This document shows, one piece after another, positions 17,127 to 33,435 of a DNA stretch of 64,000 nt. Position numbers and translations under genes: made by a program. Position 1 is the stretch's first letter. Each line of letters starts with the position of its first letter. Under the pieces are notes generated by a model that was not told the DNA's origin, made no database searches, and was given only the letters and a program-made list of their open reading frames with translations. The stretch lies in assembly GCF_009914755.1 (NCBI RefSeq), contig NC_060944.1; one strand, written 5' to 3'. The DNA comes from the human T2T-CHM13v2.0 reference genome, Homo sapiens.

Positions 17127-17589
17127 GAATTAGACTCTGGCTCAGAGAAACTAAAGACCTAGAATGCTAACCAGCCAAGACATAGTCCCTCGTGGGCTCC
17201 AGTTCAACCAAGTGAGACATTCCATGTGACTGTAGGACCCAAGGGGAGAGTGGAAAGTTGGTGGAGACAACACTGGCCCCAATAAAGCAAATAAGACAAG
17301 ACACTCCCTGACCTGCATTTCTCAAAGCTGAGCCAGTTTATAGGGTAGTTTTAATGTCCTACCTGGGGAAGAGCAAGGTAAGCTTTCCTCCTGTCCAATA
17401 ACTACAGGATTTAAGGGAGGCCACCCTGCAGGGAGGGCCTGAGGCCTGTGTCCCCAAGTGCTCCCGATGGCCCATCTGAGGGTTCGTCTCCCAGCTCTGC
17501 AGAGACAGAGACAGACAGATCCAGGCAGGTAAGGAGGGGCTGCCTCCGGGTCCCCTGTTTCCTACAAGCTCAGATTTCTTTGGTATCGA

Positions 17590-18445
17590 CACTTCCTGTT
17601 TACTGAGTGGTTTCCAAGTCACAGGCCACTCAGACTCATCTCTGACTTCACATCCCCTTCCTCAAGGGAACCCCAGCATTCTTCCTTTTTTGGTGCTATA
17701 GGCTGAGACTCTGAGCTCTGTGTGCGGAGATCTTGAGGTTTCCTCTACTCGCCACCTGGGGACAGGACTGAAAACCCAAAAGCTAGGATCGCTGGCCTCC
17801 TCCACCCCCAGACCCCGGCAGGTTCCTTGGACTTGAAAAGCAGTGAGTGGGAAGAGCAAAGGAAGTGCCGGGTGTGTCCAGAGCCCTCCAGGGTGGTCGG
17901 GGCGGCAGTCATTGCGGCATATCTGACATCCACCCTCCACCCTCCTTTAACCTTGAGTTAACGCATCCAACAACGTGTGCAGGGAAATTCCCCGCTCACT
18001 GCAGATCTCAGACCCCTCCTAGTGCCAGGAGAAATGGCACATCGGGGGGTTTCCAGACCGTTTCCAGGGGAAGTTTGCCACAGTAGCACATTCACAACCT
18101 CCTCTGTCTGCCCTGGGCACAGCTGACCAACCCTAAAGGAAAGTCAGCCCCATGAAAAGCAGAACTGCTCCTCCACGTGGCCCGCAGAGGCGGCTCTATC
18201 AAACCTCTGTACACCCGGACGACTACCTAAGATTAATAAGGTAGCCACCCACTGGGCAGGGCCAGGTGAAGAGACCCTGAGCGCCCTCCCAGACTCACGC
18301 TCTTACCAACTCACTGGAGGAGCCGTGGGCGCTTCGGGGAACTCACCTAACAAGGAACTCACAGCATTTGCCTCAGAGCAAATGTCCCAGAGAAAAGCCA
18401 CCTGACCCACTCCCGTGACCCCTGAATAGAGTCACGTGACCTGGT
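17590..18445 (-). promoter_or_regulatory. Candidate intronic alternative promoter/enhancer and alternative first exon of RASSF2
   Basis: GTCACGTGAC 18431-18440, CCACGTGG 18173-18180, GGGAAATTCCC 17982-17992, AAAGGAAGTG 17858-17867; five minus-strand 5' splice-site motifs 18293-18362; locally raised CpG; repeat-free. Confidence 0.55.
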
Positions 18446-19264
18446 TTCCCTGTTCTGGGTCCCGCAGCTTCCTGAGCTGACCTGCGGGCAAACTCTGCCT
18501 CAGCAGCCCCCCAACTACGTGGCACCATGGCCCCGACTGTACACAAAAGAGCCATCCTTGCCCTAAATGTCTGTGTGATGAGCTGTAAGACCCTACACGG
18601 CACTTTAGGAAGGGGCACTGATTATCTGAGGCTACCACCACCCATCTCCCCAGAGTACCTGAGGCCTCATGGACTCCACCAGTTAAAGTCCCCCCTGCAC
18701 CCCATGCCACACTATGGACAAAACATTCAACAACCAGCCCTACAGCCACTGGGATGGGTATTTAGCAGGGCAAGCGTTGGGCACACACAAAGGATGCTTG
18801 AAATAGAAAGGCAGAGACCCTCCTTCTCGAGCTTCAGGGAAGCTAGTGTCCACACAACTCCACTTCTACCTGGTTTGAATCTCTCTCTCTGCACGGCACC
18901 TGCTCCCTCAAAGTCATGGCGAATCGTGAGCCCACATTTCCAAACTCATCACCACACAGAAAACCCTGAGATTAAGCAGCAGTGGGTCTGGGCCCCAAGG
19001 GCCAGCTGCCAGCAGCCAGCAAGCCATGCTGTGGTCAGCTCCCAAGCCAGTGGTGCTGCACGTCTGCACCCTGGCCACTTTTGTCCTGTGAGGCTGAGAT
19101 GGAGGCAGCACCCTGATACTGCCCAGGCCAGGAAGGATAGTCAGGACCACATGACCCAGCCTGAGATGGAACCTCCAGGGGCCAAATACCACAGCTGTCT
19201 CCCGGGGCTTTCCTTTCAATTGCAGAAGTAAAATAAACATTTTTTGTTTTATTTTTTAAATATA

Positions 19265-20454
<1,190 letters not shown>

Positions 20455-21204
20455 CTAATGTATGACTGTTGGTCTCCATTTGTCACTATGGAGTGTTATC
20501 ATTATTATAAATAATGCTGCGAGGGACATCCCCATACACATACTTTTCTGCATTTATCCAATTACATCCCTAGGGGCAGAATTCCTAGGGGTGGAACTGC
20601 TGAGTCAGGGACTTGTTTGGGAGGGTTGTCAACAGAGCATTAAGAGTAAAATTACACCAAGATGATGAATTCTGTCATAGAAAGTTCTCTTTCTCCACAC
20701 AGACTTTTCTCCAAACCTCCTTCCAAAAACAGCCAGGTGTTAAACATTTACCAGGACGTCACTGGTCACAACCTAGGAATGCAAACCATGAGCAGACTCT
20801 ACTTGGGTGTCTATAACTTTGCATAGTGATTCAGAAAGGAAGGGACCATCCGTTCCAAAAAAAACCAGTCCCTCCCTCCCCACCTCTCCAGGCCTCCTCT
20901 GGAGACACACCATGCCGGAGTCCTGAGGTGACACTGATATACAAGACAGGCAGGATTATACTGGGTTAATGTCCACTGAATTCCCAGGAGGAAGGACTCT
21001 AGGAGGGGCCAGTGCTGGGTGTCTCATGGTGGGTGGCACACATGTAGTCCACAGGAAAGGTTTTTTGTCATTAAAGGTTTTGTTCTTGTATAGACAGAAG
21101 GACAAGGCAATGACTCTTCTGAAAGAGATCAAGGGTTAGAAGGGACATATGGAATCATTTAATCCCTTGCCTTGGAGATGGGGAAACTGAGAACCAGAGT
21201 CTCA

Positions 21205-21928
<724 letters not shown>

Positions 21929-22131
21929 GTCACAACCTAGGAATACAAACCATGTGCAGGTGACCTCAGTTTCCTCACCTAACCTAAGAGCAGCCTCTCT
22001 CCAAAGCACTGTAACTCTCTATGTTCCACCATAATACACACTCTGAAATCCATCATAGCCTGCTTCTAGCCAGCAAATGGTTTTCTACATGCTTGCTATG
22101 TGCCAGGCTAAGCACATGATAGCCCATTTGA

Positions 22132-22507
<376 letters not shown>

Positions 22508-22550
22508 TGAAACTGAGACTTTTAATGACTTTTAACTATAAGTTAAAGCC

Positions 22551-22860
22551 TGTCTTAGGTTGGTTTCACCCAAAAGTAGATCGTGAAACAAGAATTCAAG
22601 TTCAAGTACAAAGGGAGTGTACAAAGTACAAAGTACACTCCCTTTGTACTTGAAATGTACTTGAGATGAGGAAGTGAGCAAGCTAACACTATGAGCAATT
22701 GAGATTCGGTCCTGCAAGGGAATTCTTAGAGACAGCACAGAACATGCCCCAAACTTATCTCAAAAGAGAGGCGAGGAAGCTGGAGTATTTGCACACCTTC
22801 TCCCATCAGTCATTGGTTGAGACCAGTGGAACATGGGCAGGAGACTGACAGCATCTATTA
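22551..22860. mobile_element. ERVL-type LTR (LTR16/LTR33-like), internally rearranged
   Basis: Starts 'tgtcttaggttggtttc...aaacaagaattcaag'; contains 'gaggcgaggaagctggagtattt...cagtcattggttgag'. Confidence 0.6.
22601..22654. repeat. Perfect inverted repeat, 22-bp arms, 10-nt loop
   Basis: TTCAAGTACAAAGGGAGTGTAC / GTACACTCCCTTTGTACTTGAA. Confidence 0.95.
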
Positions 22861-23467
22861 CATTATTCAGTATCCCACAGCTAGGAAATGGTAAGATGCA
22901 ATTCAAACTCCAAATCCAATACTCTTTCATGACATTTATAAAAATGAGCAGTTAATCACACTTCACTGAATGCCAACTACGGTTAAAGCACCGTGCTGAT
23001 GAAGGAAATCTACTTTGCCAAATCACTTTGGGTCGACATGTTCAAAGAAAGCACAGGTATTTCTCTGCCAATTTTCACCAATTGAAGGAACAGGAAAGGG
23101 CCTTGGAAGTCATTTTGCCCGTTCCACAGGAATGGATGAGAGGGTCCCTCTCTGGTTCTGCCACAGCTGCCTTGAGCAGCAGCAGTTCCCCAGCCCCAAG
23201 CTGTCACCGCAAACAGCAGCATCAACCTGTGATGACAGACTTTAGAGTCTGCCATCCCAGAAGTGATAAAAAATGACCCACTGGCTGCATAGCCCAAGTC
23301 AGAGGATGTGCCACCCTCCTTCCCTGGTGCCTCCTGCCCCATTCACCAACCCCCGCCTCACACGGCCATGTGGTCCACAGTAACCAACAAGCAGGCCAAA
23401 TAAATGAAACCAGCCGTGAGACCTGTGGGAGCTCACTCCACCTTGAGGACATTTATACATTCTTCTG

Positions 23468-23795
23468 GGCCAGGCACAGTGGCTCATACCTATAATCCTA
23501 GCACTTTGGGAGGCTGAGGCAGGAGGATGGCTTGAGGCCAGGTGTTTGAGACCAGCCTGGATAACATAGCGAGACTTCATCTCTATAAAAAAATAAAAAT
23601 AAAAATTTAGCTGGGTGTGGTGGCATATGCCTGGGGTCTCAGCTCCTCAAGAGGCTGAGGTGGGAGGATCGCTTGGGCCCAGGAGGTTGAGGCTGCATGA
23701 GCCATGATTGCACCACTGCACTCCAGCCTGGGCGACAGAGAGAGACCCTATGTCAAAAAATAATAATAATAATAAATATAAATAAAAAATAAAAC
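23468..23795 (+). mobile_element. Alu (AluJ-like)
   Basis: Alu consensus. Confidence 0.9.
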
Positions 23796-25573
23796 TTCTT
23801 CTTGGAGACAGGGAAGTGTTTAAATAGGACAGTGTGTCATTACAGTAAACAACTGGACGATGTTGTGAAGAGTATTAGGGAGGTAGCAGGAGGGAATTTC
23901 TACCCCTTGCTTTATAAACCCAGCTGTGGCAGTTCTCAGCTACTACAGATTGAAGATAGAGGCTAAACATCTTGTTCCATTCCAAGCACACTGCTGAGAC
24001 CTGCCCTGTTTCTCGCTCTGGAAGAGAGGAGGAGATGAGTCCTGGGACTACTCTTGGGGTCACTCAGTCCATCTCCCAGCCTCTCCGTGAGACTCTCTGG
24101 CAACCTGACCCTGCCTTTCTGCCCCCACCTCCCACTCAGTAAGGACACTTCCTGCCAAAATATCCTAAAGAGGACTGAAAGTAATAATCAGGCCCATGTT
24201 CTTTTGTGCTTTGATGACAGGTCTCCTCTCTGGCAAGCAGCGTCGTCCAGCCCTCTGAGGCAGCAGATGCACACCCTGGGCACTTCTCCAGCTGACTCGC
24301 TCAGCCATTCCTAAGCAGCTCACGTATGGAACGCAGACACGAAGCCTGGCTCCGGGGCACCAGGAAATAGACCAAGAAGTCAAAGCAAAACCAATAGCAA
24401 CTGGGATGTCTCAGGTGGGTCAGAGCATCCAAAGGATTGAAAACAAGGTGTAGGGTTGTCCGCCACACCAACTGGGCTCCTAAGATGGCACAAACTGGCG
24501 AGAAGACCTGAACCTCCAAACAGAAGCCATGTGGAGATGGAGAGAGGTGGGCCGCAGAGCACTAGGGACAGAGTGAGGCCACGCTCAGGGAAGTGGGGAT
24601 GATGTGGCTGCAGATACAGCAGATGTGGGCGCAGCCCCAGTTGGCCAGATATGGAGGGCACACAGTCCCCTTCCCCTGGAGGAAGGCACGAAAAGGGACC
24701 TCAGATCCCTGGTCTCCTCTCAGCCAGGCTCCTCAAAGGGGCCATCACCATTCCAACCCAATTTCAACAGAATAAAAATGAGGGGAGTGGAGCACTTGGG
24801 ATATGTCTAGGCTGCACCCCAACACTTACCATATGTCTCCCTGATATTCCACCTCTGCTCCTCCATCTGCTGAAGGAGGAGCGGAACTCACCTTCCAGCC
24901 TCCCCAGCACAGGGAACCCAAGCTGTACCAGTCCACACTCCACGTGCCCAGGCAGGCTGCACGCTATGCCTCCATCTTCTCCCAGGGCAAGAACACCCGC
25001 TCTTTCCAAAACTACTGCCCTCTCCAAGCTCAGCCATCATTTGAGGCCCTCTTCCACCCCTGTGAGGCCTGCTGGACTGCCACAGCCTAGGCATCAGGCT
25101 GACCTGTCCAGAGGAGAAAACACAGCTACTGCCCACCCTCAAAGCCCCCACGCAAGGGTCTCTGATCCCAAATGGCCACCACCCAGGTAGATGTCACACT
25201 GTGTCCCTGGGACACTATATTTGAACACAAGTGTTTTGGTTTTTTTGAAAATTAACTCTCCTCAAACAACCCGATATATCTTCGCCATGCGAGGCTTCTT
25301 TAATCCTTCAGACCACCTGCAGAAAAAGTGCCTGGTAAGTAAATGTGGATTTATTAGTAAAATAAGCCTAGCTGCAGATTCCTCATCCAGATGTTCCTGA
25401 AAGAAGGCCCCTGGCTCTGTCTTCCCGGCTGTTTAAAAGAATCATTGTTTCTAATTCTTTCCTCCCATTGTACTAAGATCAACTGTGGCAGGAACTGGGT
25501 CCCCCTCCAGGACAAATTGTTGTTTGTCAGCTGATTGGTTCATACATTCATTCATCATTTACAAGGTACTTAC

Positions 25574-25648
25574 TATATCCCCAGGCTGCCGTAGACACAG
25601 CCTTTGCTCTCCCGAAAAACACGTTCTAGGCGCCGGGATTCCAGATAC
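25574..25648 (-). other. RASSF2: RASSF2 5'UTR exon 2 (75 nt, inferred)
   Basis: Acceptor ctctatttcccag| at 25649-25650 and donor ATA|gtaagt at 25573; lies at the edge of the CpG island. Confidence 0.75.
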
Positions 25649-27330
25649 CTGGGAAATAGAGTGCACGCAGCTGTTGAGAGGCCTCGCGCTTGGCTTCTCC
25701 TATCACTGAGGCGCAGAGGTGCTGTGGACAGCCCAGACCCACACGGCGCCCGAGGTGAAACAGAACCCTCAGTCTCCCTATGAGGCCACTGGCACTCTCG
25801 GCTGTCCCCAGAGCTCTCCGACTTAGAGCTGAATGCAAAGTAAGCGCTCGAAATGCAGAAGTAGCCGGGGCCGCCCACGGCACCTGCCTCGCTCGGGGCG
25901 AGAGAAGACGCCAGGCTGAGGTCCCAGCGACCTCAGGCACCAGCTCCGAAGGAGGGCGGGGAGACCGCAAAGGGGAAGTGCCCGGAGGGCCAACGGCCCC
26001 CGCGCACCCTGCGCCCCTCTGAAGCGCGCCGCCTCCCCGCGCCGGGGACTGGGACCTGCCTCTGGGGAATCCGCCTAGAAGACGGCGGCGGACTGGGGTC
26101 GGGCACTCTCCAGGGCTGTCAGGCCCTCCCCAGCCCTGCACCTGCCGCGCCGCCCCACCTCGCCAGGAAGTCTCAGAGACCCCGGGGATGGGGTGGGAGC
26201 GCCTTCCCATCGCGGGCTCAAAAAGAAGGAAGGACGCCCCCAGGGGTCGTAGAAGGAGGACTAGCTCCAAGCCACAACTTTCTTCGGACCCAAGGCAGGC
26301 CGGCTGGGGCTCCGCGCCTACACGGCCCCTGGCGGGGGTCCGCGCGCCCCGGGAGCCCCGCGGCTCGGGGAGGAAAGAGGAGACAAGAGACAGGCGAGGA
26401 TTACGGGGCTGACCCAGCCGGGGTAGGGACCATCGTGGAAAAACTTTGGCGAGGTGGGGGGACGCGGAAAGAGAGCGGCCCGCGCCCTGCACCTTGCGCC
26501 GGGCATCCCGCGCCAGTGCCTCGCTCCCAGTGCCCCGCGCCCCGCGCCCCGCGCCTTGCCTTCACCCCGGGCCAGCTGCATCGCGCCCGCGCCGCAGGAA
26601 CCGTGGAGTTGGAAAGTGGGGGCGCCGCGGCTGGGGGGCTGCTTCAGCTGCGCCTCGGCCAGCGATCGGCGGGCCGGGCTCAAATCCAGCCAGGCTGGGC
26701 AGGCGGTGGCCGCGCGACTGGGGACCGGGCGCCCCGCCCTCCTCGCTCCCCTCCTCCTTCCTCTCCCTCCCTCCAGCCCCTTGGCCTTTTTCAGCCCCTA
26801 CCGGATCTGCTCGTCCGCTGTCCTCTCTTTTCTCTCGCTCTTCATATCACTCTCCACCCCTTCGCCTTGCCTTCGCCTTTCTTCCTCCCCTTGTCTCCTG
26901 CCCCCTCCTCTTCTCCCCTCCCCTCTAGGGGCGGAGCTTCTCCCCTCCCTCCCAGACAATGCTGTGGCTGCGTCCCCTTCCCCGCCAGCTCGTCCAGGCT
27001 CCCGCCGCCAGCGATTCTTCCGGGCTGGGGGTGGGGAGGTGGGGGGGGAGTGCAGGGTTGGGGAGGATGAGCTGGCTCCCCTCACCTCCTTGCTGCTGCC
27101 CTCTCCAAGAGGGATGGAGACTTGGCCCAAGCTCCTCGGTTCACCCGGAGCTGTGACAGCCACTCCCAGGGAACAGTCACGCTGCCCTACCAAGCCCACC
27201 TCCAGCGGCCTGGATTCCCCAGGCAGAGGTTGTGGGATTTTGTTTTTTCTAACATCCCAGCTTATTCCCAAAAGGGTTTGAGCCGGACAGGGGCTAAACA
27301 GGCCCCTTCGACTTGGCGGGCCGGCCAGAC
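25600..27330 (-). promoter_or_regulatory. RASSF2: RASSF2 CpG-island promoter
   Basis: Dense CpG/GC content; GC box GGGGCGGAGC 26928-26937; G-runs 27022-27064; (CCCCGCG)3 at ~26533-26553. RASSF2 is known as a CpG-island-methylated tumour suppressor. Confidence 0.9.
26802..26890 (-). other. RASSF2: RASSF2 5'UTR exon 1 (TSS approximate, ~26850-26900)
   Basis: Donor CCG|gtaggg at 26801; purine-rich leader inside the CpG island just downstream of a GC box; TSS not determinable from sequence alone. Confidence 0.65.
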
Positions 27331-28210
27331 GTGACAGCAATGCCAAGGAGGCCAAGTTTCTTTGTCCATTTCTCACCTCCCCCTTTTCCATCCCTGGACC
27401 TCCTGGCGCCCCCAGTACACAGAGGCCCTTGAGCAGCCCGGCTGCAGGTTCCCTATCTACTCAGAGTTCTCCCCCTCACGTGCCTATCCCCAACCCTGCA
27501 GTGTCTGCGGACCAAAGGGGAAGGGAGCCTCAGGCCAACCCCCAAGGTACAGCCAGACCAGCTCATCCAGCCTGGAAGCCAAGCATTCTTTACTAAATTC
27601 ATTGTTTGGATCTTGGAATGTGTCTCCCTTAGAAACAATGTTATAAATGGTGATCTGCTTCCCAGGCCAGCCACAAAAGTCTGTTGAACCCAAAATGCAG
27701 CTGTAGGGTGGTGCTGAGAACTGTGTCAGCTACCCTGAAAAAGGAGGCCACTGATCAGCTTTATTTGTAGAAAAAATATGTATATATCTTCTGGTTCTTT
27801 CTTCTTGGGCTATAAACACTATAAATTAAATAAGTTAAAGTTCTCCCATTAAGTTTCCCCATATGGACCCACTACTCTATGTGTTAAGCTTCTTTCCTTT
27901 GCAGGTAATAGAAATAACCTTGGGGGAATGCATTTGCAGACGCAGTGGTTTCTCGATAATCTCATCTAATCTCAGTGTCAGAACTGCATGGAGAGCTCAG
28001 TATAAGAGGCAAATCCAGAGCCTAAAGGGCTTCCCGTAACCCAGAAAGTCTTCCCTGAGGGGTTCTTTCTTCTCCTTCATCACAGACTGGCCCTCCCTGC
28101 ACCCCAGACACTTGGTGAAAGGTGGCCATGACTTCTATCTCCGGGGCTTGGAGCTCTGCTGCTCAGGAAAGCAGCCAGATGCTGCTAGAATCCCTTATTC
28201 TCTAATCTAA

Positions 28211-29189
<979 letters not shown>

Positions 29190-29274
29190 AGACCGTGTTT
29201 TCTTATAGGCTTCTACCACCAGAGGCCAGACCAAGAGGCTCATGGCCCAGGAAGCAACAGGTGAGCATTGTCTA

Positions 29275-30250
<976 letters not shown>

Positions 30251-30617
30251 TTTACAGAACAAGGAGGCCACTGATGAGTTTGGAGTCTCAAAGCTAAGTT
30301 CCTTTTTTCCTTAGCAAAACAGTAGTGGGAATGACAAGCATGGCCAGAGAAAGAAAAGGAGCTTCTGCATTTCTTTGTCTCCCCGTATAACAGCTGGAGA
30401 GGCAGATCAGAGTTCTCCTGTGTGGCTTGGGAAAAGGAGGCTATGCAGAGAACTGGGAGGCCCAAAGCCCACTCCTCAGTTCCCAGTGGATTCTGGGAAA
30501 AGGGAGGAAGACAGAAAGTCCTGGATGCTGCGTCTCCCCTATTTGTGACCTTTGACCTTAGAGCAGAGGTATGTTGGTGGGTTAAGTGGAGTTCTGGGGA
30601 TAGAATCAAGGATTACA

Positions 30618-30979
<362 letters not shown>

Positions 30980-31164
30980 TCACACAAGTCAGCTCAGCGC
31001 AGCACCATAGCTACACAGAGGGAGGGCCTGGGTTCAGCTTCCTGGGGTCACCCACAATCCCCGTGTGGCATAGATGTAATGCCAAAGTTCCCACCTGCTC
31101 CCAAGGACCAGGAGCTTCAGAGGGAAGCTGAGTTGTGTGAGCCACAGGCTTTTTTAACAGGGCC

Positions 31165-31844
<680 letters not shown>

Positions 31845-32929
31845 TTAAGGTGGAATGAGTTCCTGTTCGTGGAGCTGTCCACCACTGCCCTGCTGGGATG
31901 AGAAATGGGCTGAGGGGATGCGACACAGAACAAACAAATCATCTGCTCTAAGCCCCAGGATGAAGAGGGGCAGGTAGACCCTGGCTAAATCAGGGGCTGG
32001 CAGGAGGACATAATGGAGACCCAGAGGGTGCATCAGCGAAGGCCGAGTGAAGATCAGAGTGCAGAGATCCGAAGGAGCCTGGAGCACCCAGACCTTGAAC
32101 TGCACACGCTGCAGGCGTCAGCAGTAGATGCCAGCCCAGTACTCAGGAATGGGACCAGCCCGTCCAGCATTCTGCTTTCAAGGGAGGGTCCAGAGCAGGC
32201 CATCTGCAGCGGGGCCCAGGGAGGACCCAGAGGCCTCCCCGTGATCCTGAGCACGAGCCTCACTTGCCACCACCAGAGTAAGGTTCAATCTCTCCCAAAG
32301 ATGCGTCTTAAAAAGAGCTGGGCAGGAAGGAAGAACTCTGAGAGAGGGTTTGCGTAAGAAGACCAGAGGGACCATTTAGTATTGCATAAGACTTCATTTA
32401 CCAGACTAATATTCAGATATTTTTCCCCTCTGCTATCCAGGAGGTAAGAATTTACAGAGGAAGATCCAATGAGATATAGAGAAATAAGGAAGCCTAAGTG
32501 AGGTCTACCCCTGGGCTGCCGCCACCTCTTCACACGTCTGGTGCACCAGCGTGGCAGGCCAGCTGGACATCTGCTTGACGGGTGAAAAAAGACCCTCTTG
32601 GGAGAGAATCTGCATTCTAAAGAAAGAAGAAAACAAGTGGTAACGCGGCTTGAGTTGACAGAAGGCTAATGAGATTGTCACTCAACTCTGCTCCCAATCT
32701 GGTCCCCTGGACACACAGGAGGGGGCTCCTGGGAAGAAGAAGGGGCTCTAGGTTACAACTGAAGGGGCTGTTTTGTAAACCTCCGGGTATTCTCAGACCC
32801 AAGCAACCATGTTTTGGGAACCCTCCTGCTGAGTAATACTTAAGGGGCCAACCCTCCACTGTTCAGCTTCTCTATTTCAAGAGCTTGTTATGTTGACAAC
32901 ACTACCTAGAATGAGACAGCTTGATTGCC

Positions 32930-33435
32930 AAAACGGTCACGACTACTGGCTCCCAGCACACTTGCTGTTTGCAATGTGATGCTGCAGTTCCTCCAATAAG
33001 GAAGTGGAGTCTACTTCTCCACCTTGAATCTGGGCTGACAGTGTGGCTTGCTTTGGCCAATAGAAGGAGGCAGAAGTCATGTTGTGCCTTTTCAGAGCCT
33101 GGGCCTCAAGAAGCCTTGCATTCTCCCACTCTCTCTATTGGAACATTGCCTCTACCACTGAACACACCTGAGCTAGCTGGCTGGAGGATGAGAGACCACA
33201 TGACCCAGAGCCAAGTGGGCCCAGCTGTCCCAGCCAAAGCCCCAGGCATGTGAAAGAGCCCAACCAAGATCTGTCAAGTCCCATACCCAAATCCAGAGCT
33301 GACCACCAATGCATGAGGGAGCCCAGCTGAGTCTAGCCCAAATAGCCAGCTGATAAAAAGCATAAACAAAATAGATGGTTGTCACTTTAAGCCACTACGG
33401 TTTGGCATAGTTTGTTTTATAGCAATAGTGAACTG
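32930..33435. mobile_element. MaLR LTR (MLT1-like)
   Basis: 'ccttgaatctgggctg...ttgctttggccaataga' and 'tttaagccactacggtttgg...tagcaatag' motifs. Confidence 0.75.

Noticed and set aside
18527-19231. 234-aa plus-strand ORF
   Set aside because: No recognisable homology or coding-like composition; antisense to RASSF2; consistent with chance
25332-25340. Strong plus-strand donor CTG|GTAAGT
   Set aside because: Isolated motif with no supporting antisense exon structure
25626-27391. Long overlapping ORFs (288, 275, 211 and 197 aa) in the CpG island
   Set aside because: Stop-poor GC-rich sequence on both strands with low-complexity Pro/Gly/Arg content. Only the short segments coinciding with leader exons are used, in the uORF finding.
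31845-32375. Overlapping ORFs suggestive of a processed pseudogene
   Set aside because: No frame resembles a protein I recognise; no poly-A or TSD; needs BLAST
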